Shown here piece after piece: positions 53,521-63,331 of a stretch of DNA of 64,000 nt. Positions within the stretch are counted from its first letter, which is position 1. Every line of letters begins with the position of its first letter. The notes below the pieces were generated by a model. The model did no database searches. It saw only the letters and a list, made by a program, of their open reading frames with translations, and was not told where the DNA came from. Both the position numbers and the translations under genes were made by a program. Origin of the DNA: Xanthobacteraceae bacterium (lineage in GTDB: Bacteria > Pseudomonadota > Alphaproteobacteria > Rhizobiales > Xanthobacteraceae); the NCBI GenBank assembly GCA_035565775.1, contig DATMRW010000028.1, positions 98,856-162,855 on the forward strand, read 5' to 3'.

Positions 53521-54558
53521 TCACCGCGTCACCTCGGCAAGAAGCCCAAAAGCCGTAAAAACCAACGGTTTGCGCTCAAGATTGAAGGTTTCTGTTTCGC
53601 GTGCGGATTGCGTGATCTTTTCCCATACCTCCGCCAAACGCGCAAGCCGCGGAAGATCGGCCACGGCCTCGGGATTTCGCAGGCGCGCCATGATCCAGCG
53701 CTCCATGGTGTCCATGAACGCGCCGAGCGCGTCACGGTCGCTGGTCCCGAGTGCGTCGCTGAGGGCGTGAAGTTCATTACCGTCCACGCGCGGCAGCGTG
53801 CTGAGCAGCTTTGCAGTGCGCTCGCGAAGCTTCAGCGCATCCCCGCCAAGCAGCATTAGGGCGCGGGCAACGCTGCCCTCTGCCGCATCGGCGGCATCTA
53901 TCAGCGCCGGATCGTTGACGTCGATCCCGGTCGCCCTCGCCGTCGCATGGATAACTTCATCAGCCGTCAGCGGCCGCAGCAGAAGCTTTCGGCAACGCGA
54001 GAGAATGGTCGGCAGCACCCGCGCGGGCGCACGGCTGACCAGCAGGAACAGCGAGCGCGGCGGCGGCTCCTCCAGCACCTTCAATAGCGCGTTGGCCGAA
54101 TTCTGGTTCAGCTCCTCCACCGTATCGACGATGCACACCCGCCAGCCCTGCGCGGCGGCGGTCGAGCCAAAGAAGCTCAGAGTGCGGCGAACCTGTGGGA
54201 CAGTGATGACGGTGTTCATCACGCCCTTGTCGTTGAGCACGCGCTCCAGCGTCAAAAGTCCGCCGTGGGAGCCGGACGCGACCTGGCGGGCCGAATGATC
54301 GTCTGGATCGATTTGAAGCGAGGTCGCCCGCTGCACTGCCGGCGACGCCGGGTCGCCATGGGCGAGCACGAACCGCGCCATGCGATAGGCGAGCGTTGCT
54401 TTGCCGATGCCGTCGAAGCCGCCGATCAGCCAGGCATGGGGGATCTGGCCGCTGCGATAGGCGGCAAGCAGCGTCTGCTCGCCCTCGCGATGGCCAAATA
54501 GCTCGCTGGTCGCGCGCGGATGCGGGATGACGGTTGCCTCGTCGGTGGCCTTGCTCAT
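53521..54558 (-). CDS. holB: DNA polymerase III subunit delta prime
   Basis: I placed the start at ATG 54558 (MSKATDEATVIPHPR), an ATGA overlap with tmk. It has the AAA+-like block HAWLIGGFDGIGKATLA and the sensor block SRC. Confidence 0.85.
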   Translation of the reverse strand: MSKATDEATVIPHPRATSELFGHREGEQTLLAAYRSGQIPHAWLIGGFDGIGKATLAYRMARFVLAHGDPASPAVQRATSLQIDPDDHSARQVASGSHGGLLTLERVLNDKGVMNTVITVPQVRRTLSFFGSTAAAQGWRVCIVDTVEELNQNSANALLKVLEEPPPRSLFLLVSRAPARVLPTILSRCRKLLLRPLTADEVIHATARATGIDVNDPALIDAADAAEGSVARALMLLGGDALKLRERTAKLLSTLPRVDGNELHALSDALGTSDRDALGAFMDTMERWIMARLRNPEAVADLPRLARLAEVWEKITQSARETETFNLERKPLVFTAFGLLAEVTR

Positions 54559-55247
54559 GCCGCGCTGCCCTTGTCTTGACGCGCAACGGACAGGCGCTGC
54601 TGCACCGCCGCCCAGACCCGCGCAGAAACCGTCTCGGCATCGGCATCGGCGTCGATCAGCACGCAGCGATCGGGATTTTCTGCAACGATCTGGCGAAACG
54701 CCTCGTTGAGCTGGCGATGAAAGGCGATGCCCTCGGCCTCGAAGCGGTCGGCCTCGCCGGCGCCGCGCCGAAGGTTTGCCCGCTTTAGGCCGACTTCCAC
54801 GGGCACGTCGAGAACGAGCGTCAGATCGGGCTTGAGGTCGCCGATGGTGACGCGCTCCAGCGCATTGAGGAGTTCGGGCGCAACCTGCCCTACTTTGCCC
54901 TGATAGACCTTTGTTGAATCCGCGAAGCGATCGCACAGCACCCATTCGCCGCGCGCCAGCGCAGGCAGGATGACGCGATGAACGTGATCGTCGCGCGCAG
55001 CCGCAAACAGCAGCGATTCAAGATCAGAGCCGATCAGCTTGCCCATTCCCGACAGCACGAGATGGCGGATGATTTCCGCCCCCGGCGTGCCGCCGGGCTC
55101 CCGCGTGACGAGATTTCGGATGCCCTCGCCCCGGAGCCGCTCGGCCAAAATCCTGATCTGCGTCGACTTGCCGGAGCCTTCGCCGCCTTCAAAGGTGATG
55201 AAACGGCCCCGCTCGACAGGGGCCTTTGATCGAACCGCCCGCGCCAT
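54555..55247 (-). CDS. tmk: Thymidylate kinase
   Basis: I placed the start at ATG 55247. It has the P-loop FITFEGGEGSGKSTQ and the DRF motif (LCDRFADS). Confidence 0.9.
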   Translation of the reverse strand: MARAVRSKAPVERGRFITFEGGEGSGKSTQIRILAERLRGEGIRNLVTREPGGTPGAEIIRHLVLSGMGKLIGSDLESLLFAAARDDHVHRVILPALARGEWVLCDRFADSTKVYQGKVGQVAPELLNALERVTIGDLKPDLTLVLDVPVEVGLKRANLRRGAGEADRFEAEGIAFHRQLNEAFRQIVAENPDRCVLIDADADAETVSARVWAAVQQRLSVARQDKGSAA

Positions 55248-55249
55248 CG

Positions 55250-56521
55250 CTACAGCCTCTCGATCCCGGCGCGGAACAGGCTGATGAAAAGCTCGCTGGC
55301 GCCGTCGACTGCGCGCTGCATCAGCGTGCCCTGCCCGACCGCGCTCGCGGTATAGAGCGGCATTTCGACGGCGACATTGCCATTGCGCCACACCTTGATC
55401 ACACCCACCTTCGCACCCGCCTTCACGGGAGCCTGCAAGGGACCATCATAGATCACCCGCGCCAGCAGCTTGTCGGTGCCGTTGCGCCGGACCATCACGG
55501 AAACCGGCTCGGGACTGACCAGATCGACCCTGTGTTCGGCGCCGCCAAACACCTTGGCCTGCCCGACGACCTGGTCGGCGGCGAACACCGCGCGGGTCTC
55601 GAAATTGCGGAACCCCCATTCCAGCAGCTTCTTGGCTTCGGCCGCCCTGCTGGCCGCATCCTCCAGCCCATTTACGACAACCACAAGGCGGGTGTGGTTT
55701 TGCACCGCAGAGCCGACGACGCCGTAACCGCCCTCCTTCGTGTAGCCGGTTTTCAGCCCGTCGGCACCGTCGAGCGACGTCAACAGCGGGTTGCGGTTGA
55801 ACTGGCGGATCTTGTTCCAGGTGAATTCGCGCTGGCCGAACAGCTTGTAGTGTTCCGGATAGGTCAGGATCAGGTGCCGGGCGAGCGCCGCCAGTTCGCG
55901 CACCGACATCTTGTTGTGCGGATCCGGCAGGCCGGTCGAATTGCCAAAGGTCGAGTGCTCGAGGCCGATTTCCCGTGCCCGCTTGGTCATTCTCTCGACG
56001 AAGGCAGTCTCATTGCCGGCGATCCCCTCGGCCAAAATCATGCAGGAATCGTTGCCGCTTTGAACGATGGCACCGTGGAGCAGGTCGTCGACCGAAATCA
56101 CGCTGTGAATCGCAGCGAACATCGTGGAGCCGCCGGACGGCGCCCCGCCCTTGCGCCACGAGTTCTCGCTCACCCGATACTGGTCGGTGAGCTTTACCTC
56201 ACCTTTCGCGATTGCATTGAACACGGTTTCAACCGTCATCAGCTTCATCATGCTGGACGGCGCGCGGAGCTGATCGGCATCCTTCTCGAACAGCACGCTG
56301 CCGCTTTGAGCCTCGACGAGGATCGCCGTCGGCGCGGCGGTCTCATAGCCGTCGTCTTTTTTCCCAGGTGGCGCGCCTTGCGCCTCCGCCGGAGCGGCGA
56401 TCCCCGCGAGCAGCCCAAAAGCGAGGACCGCAGCCGCCATCGGCCGGACAAAGCCCGCGAATACGCCGGCTGATCGGCGGCGCCCGCGGTTCGGATGGTC
56501 GGTATGAGGCTCAATCTGCAT
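55250..56521 (-). CDS. Serine-type D-Ala-D-Ala carboxypeptidase (PBP5/6 family)
   Basis: It has SxxK (SMMK), SGN (QSGND) and KTG (LKTGYT) motifs and a signal peptide. The start may be internal. Confidence 0.85.
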   Translation of the reverse strand: MQIEPHTDHPNRGRRRSAGVFAGFVRPMAAAVLAFGLLAGIAAPAEAQGAPPGKKDDGYETAAPTAILVEAQSGSVLFEKDADQLRAPSSMMKLMTVETVFNAIAKGEVKLTDQYRVSENSWRKGGAPSGGSTMFAAIHSVISVDDLLHGAIVQSGNDSCMILAEGIAGNETAFVERMTKRAREIGLEHSTFGNSTGLPDPHNKMSVRELAALARHLILTYPEHYKLFGQREFTWNKIRQFNRNPLLTSLDGADGLKTGYTKEGGYGVVGSAVQNHTRLVVVVNGLEDAASRAAEAKKLLEWGFRNFETRAVFAADQVVGQAKVFGGAEHRVDLVSPEPVSVMVRRNGTDKLLARVIYDGPLQAPVKAGAKVGVIKVWRNGNVAVEMPLYTASAVGQGTLMQRAVDGASELFISLFRAGIERL

Positions 56522-56854
56522 CTTCGAATTCCCAATGCCAGCGTTCTAGATCATGTGCGGCAAAAGGGGAAACCGGCGGCCTGCTGCCAAACGCCGCAAA
56601 ATGGCCGGGGTCGGCGCAGGATAGCCTGCAATTGCCGCAGCCAGCGGCCACAAGCGCGAAACTTTTGAGATTGTTGTGGATCGCGCCCCCTGGCCATCCC
56701 GGCATCGGGCCCAAACCTCGATTAAGGAACAGTTTACCGTGCCAAAACCCCCGGCGCGCACGCCGCCGCCCGGCCCGGTAGGATCGGTCACTCCCCTTGG
56801 TCGCCCCAGAGATGACCAGGATCGGCGACAACTTTTTTGAATACGAGACCCTAG

Positions 56855-57061
56855 ATGACCATCACCTCGCCCCTGCGCCTCGTCCCCGTGTCCCTGACGA
56901 CCGGAGCCATTCGCCCCGACATCACCGTTGATACGCGCGAGGGTGGCGCGACAGCAAGATGGGCCTCCCGCCTTGGCATCTCCGAGGAGGCGCTGCATGC
57001 AGCTATCGCCGAGGTTGGCCCGTCCATCGCCGCGGTACGCCGTCATCTTCTGCTGAAATAA
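56855..57061 (+). CDS. DUF3606 domain protein
   Basis: The 68-aa product has the pattern WASRLGISEEALHAAIAEVGPSIAAVRRHL, typical of DUF3606. Confidence 0.7.
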   Translation: MTITSPLRLVPVSLTTGAIRPDITVDTREGGATARWASRLGISEEALHAAIAEVGPSIAAVRRHLLLK

Positions 57062-57156
57062 ACGAAAGGCAGGACGAGCATCGGCGCCGTCCCAAGCCGG
57101 GATTGGGCCGAGCCGTGGTGTGCGTGAAGGCAGAGACTTCACTCGCCGGTTATCGA

Positions 57157-57330
57157 TCACGCTCGAAAGATCGTCAGCCCCAGTATCAACAGGACGATGA
57201 AGATCACGACGAACACATAGAACAGCACACGCGCGATGTCGCCAGTCGCGGCGGACACGCCTGTAAAGCCGAACAGGCCGGCGATGATCGAGATGACAAG
57301 AAAGAACAGCGCCCACTTCAGAATCGACAT
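57157..57330 (-). CDS. DUF1328 (UPF0391, YtjA-like) small membrane protein, 57 aa
   Basis: It is below the 60-aa threshold, so it is not in the ORF track. My own translation is [57 protein letters not shown]. Confidence 0.75.
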   Translation of the reverse strand: MSILKWALFFLVISIIAGLFGFTGVSAATGDIARVLFYVFVVIFIVLLILGLTIFRA

Positions 57331-57468
57331 ATCGCACTCTCCGGCAGCTTCAATCGGACATTGAACAAACCTGCCGTAGTCGGGAAAGTTCCGGCTTTCC
57401 GAGCGTCAAACGAAACGGACCGGACGGCTAACCATCCGGTCCACTCCGCTGTCGATTGCAGTGCCGCC

Positions 57469-58779
57469 CTAGAGCACGATGGACGGCAGCCAGGTGGCAA
57501 GGCCCGGAAACAACATCACCAAGATCAGCCCGAGCAGCAGCACCAGCGTGTAGGGCGTGACCGAGTGATAGATGTCGCCCATCGTAATGTTCGGGGGCAC
57601 GATGGCCTTCAGATAGAACAGATTGAAGCCGAAGGGCGGCGTCTGATAGCCGATCTCCATATTGATGATGAAGAGAATGCCGAACCAGATCGGATCGAAG
57701 CCATAGGCGGTGATGATCGGGAGAAACACCGGCAGCGTGATCATCATGATGCCGACGGGATCGAGCACCATGCCGAGCAGCAAGAGCACGAGCTGCATGA
57801 CGATGATCGCGCCCCATGGGCCGCCTGGAATATGCGCGGCTAAGCCCTGGATCAGCGACGTTGCGCCCATGCCCTGATAGGCCGCGCTGAAGGAATGCGC
57901 AGCGAACAGGATCCACATGATCATGCCCGTGAGCACGAAGGTGCGGAGCGCTGACTCCCGCACCAGCTCCCATGTCAGCTTGCGATGCACGGCCGCTGAA
58001 ATCAGCGCACCGAGAACGCCGGACGCCGCGGCCTCCGTCGGCGTCGCGATGCCCAACATGATCGAGCCGAGCACCATCGTCACGATCAGCATCGGCAGCA
58101 GCACCGCCCGAAGAGCTTCGATCTTATCCGCCCATGTGCCGCGCTGATCGATAGGAAGCGCCGGTCCCATCTCCGGCTGCAGCCAGCAGCGGATGAAGAT
58201 GTAGGCGCAGATCATCAGCGCCAGCATGAGCCCCGGAATGACGCCCGCCGCAAACATCTTTCCGACCGACGCACCGGTGATCAGCGAATAGAGGATCATC
58301 AAAACGCTCGGCGGGATCAGGATGCCAAGGCCGCCGCCCGCGCTGATACAGCCGATCGCCATGCGCTTGTCGTACTTCTGCTCGAACATCGCCGGCAGCG
58401 CGATGGTGCCCATGGTGACCACGGCCGCGCCGCTGATGCCGACCATCGCCGCGAACAACGTGCAGATCGCGACGGTGCCGATGGCAAGGCCGCCGCGCAC
58501 CCCGCCCCACCACAGGTGCATCATCCGGTAGAGCGCCTGGGCAACGCCGGACTTCTCCAAAATCATCGCCATGTAGACGAACAAGGGGATCGCGATCAGC
58601 GTAAAGCTGTTCATGCTGCCCCAGACCTGCGAGGCGACCATGTAGAAGGATTCAATGCCCCAGGTGAAATACAGGAAGACGATCGAGATTCCGCCGAGCA
58701 CGAACACCAGCGGAAGTCCGGCGATGAGGAAAACGATCAAGGAGAGGAAGAACAGAACCGTCAAGAGACCAATGCTCAC
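57469..58779 (-). CDS. dctM: TRAP transporter large permease (DctM)
   Basis: The product is polytopic and 436 aa long. The GTG start at 58779 is preceded by GGAGG and makes a GTGA overlap with the dctQ stop. Confidence 0.9.
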   Translation of the reverse strand: MSIGLLTVLFFLSLIVFLIAGLPLVFVLGGISIVFLYFTWGIESFYMVASQVWGSMNSFTLIAIPLFVYMAMILEKSGVAQALYRMMHLWWGGVRGGLAIGTVAICTLFAAMVGISGAAVVTMGTIALPAMFEQKYDKRMAIGCISAGGGLGILIPPSVLMILYSLITGASVGKMFAAGVIPGLMLALMICAYIFIRCWLQPEMGPALPIDQRGTWADKIEALRAVLLPMLIVTMVLGSIMLGIATPTEAAASGVLGALISAAVHRKLTWELVRESALRTFVLTGMIMWILFAAHSFSAAYQGMGATSLIQGLAAHIPGGPWGAIIVMQLVLLLLGMVLDPVGIMMITLPVFLPIITAYGFDPIWFGILFIINMEIGYQTPPFGFNLFYLKAIVPPNITMGDIYHSVTPYTLVLLLGLILVMLFPGLATWLPSIVL

Positions 58780-59324
58780 TTTTCGCCTCCAGCGGTGTCG
58801 TGCAGGGTCAGGTCCGCAGGCATCTCGATGTCGAGCGCAGTCAAAATGTCCTGGATGAGTTTGACGATGCCCTGCATCAGGAGCAGCACGGCGCCGACGG
58901 GAATCGCCAGCTTGGCGGGCCAGATCGGCGGGTTCCACGCCGACTGCGAACGCTCCCAGAACTCAATCGATTCATAGGCGAGCGAACTGCCGAAATAGAC
59001 CAGCGCACCGAGAAACAGAAACGTGAGCACCGATGTGAAAATGTCGATGATCGCGCGATTCCTGATGCTCAGCCGCGAGAACAAGAGGTCGACATTCACG
59101 TGCTCGCGATGCAGCAGGATGTAGCCGCCGGAAAGAACCGCATAGATGCCGAACAGAAGCTGCGTCGCCTCCCCGGTCCACACCAGCGGCGATCCGGAGA
59201 CATAACGCACAAAGATTTCGAAGATCAGGAATGCGAAGATCGGAATGATCAACAGGGAGACCAGGCGTCCGATCCGCTCGTTGAGAAGCGAAACCGCGCG
59301 CATGATCACGAAGAGCGCTTGCAT
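58776..59324 (-). CDS. dctQ: TRAP transporter small permease (DctQ)
   Basis: The 182-aa product has four hydrophobic segments and lies directly upstream of dctM. Confidence 0.85.
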   Translation of the reverse strand: MQALFVIMRAVSLLNERIGRLVSLLIIPIFAFLIFEIFVRYVSGSPLVWTGEATQLLFGIYAVLSGGYILLHREHVNVDLLFSRLSIRNRAIIDIFTSVLTFLFLGALVYFGSSLAYESIEFWERSQSAWNPPIWPAKLAIPVGAVLLLMQGIVKLIQDILTALDIEMPADLTLHDTAGGEK

Positions 59325-59441
59325 GATGCGACATCCCGTGCAGCACCGGGCACGATCAGGCGCCCGGAAATCCCAGCGTCAGAAAAAGGCGGACCATCAA
59401 GGAAACACCCGAAGCGTATGCCGCTCCGGGTGCCGCTGCCT

Positions 59442-60482
59442 TTACTCGATGTAGCCGAGCTCGCGCAGAAAGCCTTTCAGCGTATCGACGGCCTTTTGCG
59501 CCACCGGGCCTTTCTTGGCCTCTTCATCCCAATGCTTCATCGCGACCTTGGAGGCATGGGCAAGCACATCATCCGGCAGCTGGTTGACCTTGACGCCCTT
59601 CTCCTTGATGGCCTTCGCCAGCGTCACCTGCTCCTGGAACTGGTACTCGTTGGTGCGAAGCCAGAACTGATCTTTCAGCAGATCGTAGAAGCACTTGCGC
59701 GACTGCTCCGGCAAGGCGTCGATTGCCTTCTGGTTAACAACGAAGGCGTCGGTGCCGGCGATGTTGAGCGCGGGCTTGATGTGATACTTTGCGACCTCGT
59801 AGAAGCCCATCGAGTTCGCGCCCTGCACTGCGCCCCAGTGCACGCTGTTGATCACGCCGGTGGAGAGCGCCGGATAGATTTCCGGCCCTGGCAGGAACGA
59901 AGCGGAGGCGCCAGCGTCAGTGAGAAAACGCTGCAGCACGCCGGACGAACGCACCTTCAGCTTGCGAAAATCGTCGAGCGACGTGACAGGCGTCTTCGAC
60001 ACCATTTCGGTGGGATAGACCTTATCGGTCGAGTAGAAAACGCCGTGGACCGCCACCTCGTCACGGATCATTTTCTCAAAGCCGAGCTGGCTATGGAAGA
60101 ACGCGGTCTCCCAAACGTTGCGGAAGGCAAACGGCAGGCCCGATGCAATTCCGGCGGTCGTGATCGTCTCGGGCAAATAGCCCGGCGAGATCGTGCCCAT
60201 CTGAATGATGCCGCGTTTCACCGCGGGAAAGGTTTCCTTCGCGGGAAACAGCGCGCCAGCCTCGTGAAGGTCGAGCACGAACTGCCCCTTGGTGCAATCG
60301 GCGAGCTTTGTCTTCAACGTGCCGAGGCTGTCCTTGAACGAACTGCTGGCGCTCGGCCAATGCGACTGCACGCGCCATGTTGTCGTCTTTTCTTGCGCAA
60401 CGCCCGACGTTGGATAAGCCAGCAGCACAGTCGCTGCAGACATCATGATACCCGCGGTCAACTTCAGTCGATTGTTGGTCAC
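59442..60482 (-). CDS. dctP: TRAP transporter substrate-binding protein (DctP family)
   Basis: The 346-aa product has a signal peptide and is the first gene of a dctPQM arrangement. Confidence 0.85.
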   Translation of the reverse strand: MTNNRLKLTAGIMMSAATVLLAYPTSGVAQEKTTTWRVQSHWPSASSSFKDSLGTLKTKLADCTKGQFVLDLHEAGALFPAKETFPAVKRGIIQMGTISPGYLPETITTAGIASGLPFAFRNVWETAFFHSQLGFEKMIRDEVAVHGVFYSTDKVYPTEMVSKTPVTSLDDFRKLKVRSSGVLQRFLTDAGASASFLPGPEIYPALSTGVINSVHWGAVQGANSMGFYEVAKYHIKPALNIAGTDAFVVNQKAIDALPEQSRKCFYDLLKDQFWLRTNEYQFQEQVTLAKAIKEKGVKVNQLPDDVLAHASKVAMKHWDEEAKKGPVAQKAVDTLKGFLRELGYIE

Positions 60483-60898
60483 GCTGCGCTTCCTCTTACT
60501 TTTGTATTTTGATCAGTCATTTTTGATTGTTCAAAAGACTAGGAGGACGACATGGCGGGTGTCAACACGGCAAGCCCGCGCAGCGCAAACACGTGCATCA
60601 TTGGCAACGACAAAGGCGTAACGGAAAAATTATCGTGTGATCAATGACATCAACGCGACAAGCAGGCGTCAATTCCGCATGGCGAACGAGCAATGCGCAC
60701 AACATCGCAAGCGATCTCGTAGCCCATGCGATGCTGCGCCTGCTCTCGCCTTCCGCACAGCGAAAAAGAATATGCTTTGCGCATGCAAATTCGAAACAGG
60801 CATGCGCAGCAGATGGCAACGAGGCGCGCTGATTCGACGCACCGCCATCTGCTCGCGCATCCGAAGTGCGCAGGCTCAACCAAACGATCAGTGTGTCG

Positions 60899-61600
60899 TC
60901 AGATGCCGAGATAGGCCTCGCGCACGCGCTCGTCGGCGATCAGCTCAGACGACGTGCCCGACATGGTGATACGGCCGACTTCCATCACGTAGCCGCGGTC
61001 GGCGATCTTCAGCGCACCATAGGCATTTTGCTCGACCAGCAGCACGGTCACGCCAAGGGCCTTGAGCCCCTTGATGACGTTGAAGATCTGCTGCACGAGC
61101 AACGGCGCCAGCCCCATCGACGGCTCATCGAGGAGCAGGCATTGCGGCCGCCCCATCAATGCGCGGGCGATTGCGAGCATCTGCTGCTGCCCGCCGGATA
61201 GTTGGCCCGCGGTAATCTCGCGCTTCTCCTGCAGCACCGGAAACATCTCGTAGGCCTGATCCATGTCGGCCCGCACGCGCGCGTCGGAGAACAGGTATGC
61301 GCCGAGCCGCAGATTTTCCGCGACCGTCAGGTTGGTAAAGATCTGCCGGCCCTCGGGCGACTGGGCAAGGCCACGCGCGATGCGCTTATGCGCCGGCACT
61401 CCGTTCAGCGGCTCGCCGCGAAACTCGATCGTTCCTGCCGAGGCCGGCTGAATTCCGGAAAGGCACTTGAGCAGCGTCGTCTTGCCTGCGCCGTTGGCAC
61501 CGACGACAGTGACGATTTCACCCTGATTGATGGTCAGGTCGATGTCATGCAGCACCTCGATCCGACCATAGCGCGAGCACAGTCCTCTAACGGTCAGCAT
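60899..61600 (-). CDS. livF: Branched-chain amino acid-type ABC ATP-binding protein (LivF-like)
   Basis: It has Walker A GANGAGKTT, the signature LSGGQQQM and Walker B LLLDEPS. Confidence 0.85.
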   Translation of the reverse strand: MLTVRGLCSRYGRIEVLHDIDLTINQGEIVTVVGANGAGKTTLLKCLSGIQPASAGTIEFRGEPLNGVPAHKRIARGLAQSPEGRQIFTNLTVAENLRLGAYLFSDARVRADMDQAYEMFPVLQEKREITAGQLSGGQQQMLAIARALMGRPQCLLLDEPSMGLAPLLVQQIFNVIKGLKALGVTVLLVEQNAYGALKIADRGYVMEVGRITMSGTSSELIADERVREAYLGI

Positions 61601-62372
61601 CGGGAAGGTCCTTCACGTCGGCGCCGAGATAGGCTTCGATCACGTTGGGGTCGCGGCTCACCGTCGCCGGATCGCCCTCCGAGATCTTTTCGCCGTGATC
61701 GAGCACGACGATATAATTCGAGATATGCATCACCATCTTCATGTCGTGCTCGACGAGCAGAACGGCGATGCCCTCGGCCGCGACCTGAGCGATGAGCTGG
61801 TCGATCTCCCGAGTCTCGACCGCGTTGCACCCGGCGGCCGGTTCATCGAGCAGCAGGATTTTTGGATTGACCGCAAGCGCACGGGCAATCTCCAGCCGCT
61901 TCAGCGCGCCATAGGAGAGCGAGCCGGCCTCGCGGTGCGCGACCTCCCCTAGCCCCACCCGCTCGAGCAGCTGTCGGGCCGACGCGCGCGCGCTCTCGGA
62001 GCGGCGGCGCGAACCGGGCAGGCTCAACAGGTCGGACCAGATCGGGCCGCGCTCCTCCAGGTGATGGCCGGTGATGACGTTTTCCAGCACGGTCATCGCT
62101 TGGAAAATCTGCAGGTTCTGGAACGTGCGCGACAGACCGCGGCGCGCCAGAAGATGCGGCTCCATGCCGGTGACATCTTCGCCGTTCAGCCGCACGCGGC
62201 CGGATTTCGGAATGTAGATTCCGGAAATCAGGTTGAAGAGCGTCGTCTTGCCCGCGCCATTGGGCCCGATCACCGACGCGATCTCGCCCGGCTTCACCGA
62301 GAAGCTGACATTGTGAACCGCGCGGGTGCCGCCGAAGACGATTCCAAGTCCCTGAACTTCGAGCAGGCTCAT
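61587..62372 (-). CDS. livG: Branched-chain amino acid-type ABC ATP-binding protein (LivG-like)
   Basis: It has Walker A GPNGAGKTT, the signature LSYGALKR and Walker B LLLDEPA. Confidence 0.85.
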   Translation of the reverse strand: MSLLEVQGLGIVFGGTRAVHNVSFSVKPGEIASVIGPNGAGKTTLFNLISGIYIPKSGRVRLNGEDVTGMEPHLLARRGLSRTFQNLQIFQAMTVLENVITGHHLEERGPIWSDLLSLPGSRRRSESARASARQLLERVGLGEVAHREAGSLSYGALKRLEIARALAVNPKILLLDEPAAGCNAVETREIDQLIAQVAAEGIAVLLVEHDMKMVMHISNYIVVLDHGEKISEGDPATVSRDPNVIEAYLGADVKDLPDADR

Positions 62373-63331
62373 TCGCTCTTCCCTCGCAGACGGCGGCCGA
62401 TCGACGGCAAAATCCCTTCAGGCAGGAAGATCATGACAAGCATCATGACGAGGCCGAGCAGGATGTACTCATATTCCTGAAACACCGTGAGCACCTGCGG
62501 CAGGATTGTCAGAATTGCCGCGCCGAAAACTGCGCCGAGCACCGAGCCCGCGCCGCCGAGCACCGCCATCGTCACCATCTCGATGGAGTGCATGAAGCCG
62601 GCGGCATCCGGCGTGATGAACTTGTTCTGCAGGGCGAGCAGCGAGCCTGCTGCCGACGCATACACTGCCGAGATGACGAAGGCCTGCAGCTTCAACCGGG
62701 GCACATCGATGCCGACCGTGCGCGCCGCCACTTCGGAGCCATGAAGCGCCCGCAGCGCCCTGCCCGTCGGGCTGTTGTAGATATTGAGCGCAATCCATGC
62801 ACCGAGCAGCAGCGCGAGCCCGGCGAAGGCGTACCAGAACTCGGCGTTGGTCAGGTTGAGGCCCGCATCCTTGAGAAGGCCGCGCAGGCCGAGGTCGGGC
62901 ACGGCAATGCCGTCCGGCCCGCCGGTGATCGCTCCCTCCTTGGAAAGCACCATCGACACCAGCACGCCGAAGCCGAGCGTAGCGACGCCAAGATAATAGC
63001 CTTTCAGTTTCAGGATCGGGCGCCCGACGAGCCATGCCATGACCGCGGAAAGGATCGCGCCAAGCACCGCCGCGATGGACGGGTGGATGCCGAGATAGAG
63101 CGGGCCGAGCGCGCAGGTATATGCGCCAATGCCGACAAAGCCGGCATGGCCGAGACTGATCTGCCCGGCATAGCCGATCAGGATCACCATGCCGACCACC
63201 GCGAGGCCATTGACGAACACCAGCGATCCCACGCGATAGTAGAATGCCGACGGGAAGAACAACGGCGCGACCGCAATGAGCGCGGCGAGCACGAGGAGCG
63301 TGACAAGTTTGGTATGGCGCGTCATGGTCAC
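62369..63331 (-). CDS. livM: Branched-chain amino acid-type ABC permease (LivM-like)
   Basis: The 320-aa product is polytopic, with 4-nt overlaps at both ends. Confidence 0.85.
   Translation of the reverse strand: MTMTRHTKLVTLLVLAALIAVAPLFFPSAFYYRVGSLVFVNGLAVVGMVILIGYAGQISLGHAGFVGIGAYTCALGPLYLGIHPSIAAVLGAILSAVMAWLVGRPILKLKGYYLGVATLGFGVLVSMVLSKEGAITGGPDGIAVPDLGLRGLLKDAGLNLTNAEFWYAFAGLALLLGAWIALNIYNSPTGRALRALHGSEVAARTVGIDVPRLKLQAFVISAVYASAAGSLLALQNKFITPDAAGFMHSIEMVTMAVLGGAGSVLGAVFGAAILTILPQVLTVFQEYEYILLGLVMMLVMIFLPEGILPSIGRRLRGKSE

Noticed and set aside
53521-54945. A 474-aa version of holB, and similarly long N-terminal extensions of tmk, queC, the binding proteins and the kinase.
   Set aside because: The extensions are Arg-rich and overlap the upstream gene. 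Internal ATG/GTG starts give 4-nt ATGA/GTGA overlaps and family-typical N-termini.
56546-57337. A 263-aa minus-strand ORF between the carboxypeptidase gene and the TRAP operon.
   Set aside because: It has low-complexity composition. The region is better explained by DUF3606 (plus strand) and the 57-aa DUF1328 gene (minus strand, in a different frame).
58800-60512. A 570-aa ORF antisense to dctQ/dctP.
   Set aside because: It spans an intergenic region and two genes on the other strand, and has no motifs.
60540-60898. Several 60-110-aa ORFs and an imperfect inverted repeat (about 60803-60858) in the spacer between the second liv operon and dctP.
   Set aside because: The ORFs overlap each other in all frames and have no motifs. 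The inverted repeat lacks a U-tract and is imperfect. I could not support a terminator or sRNA call.
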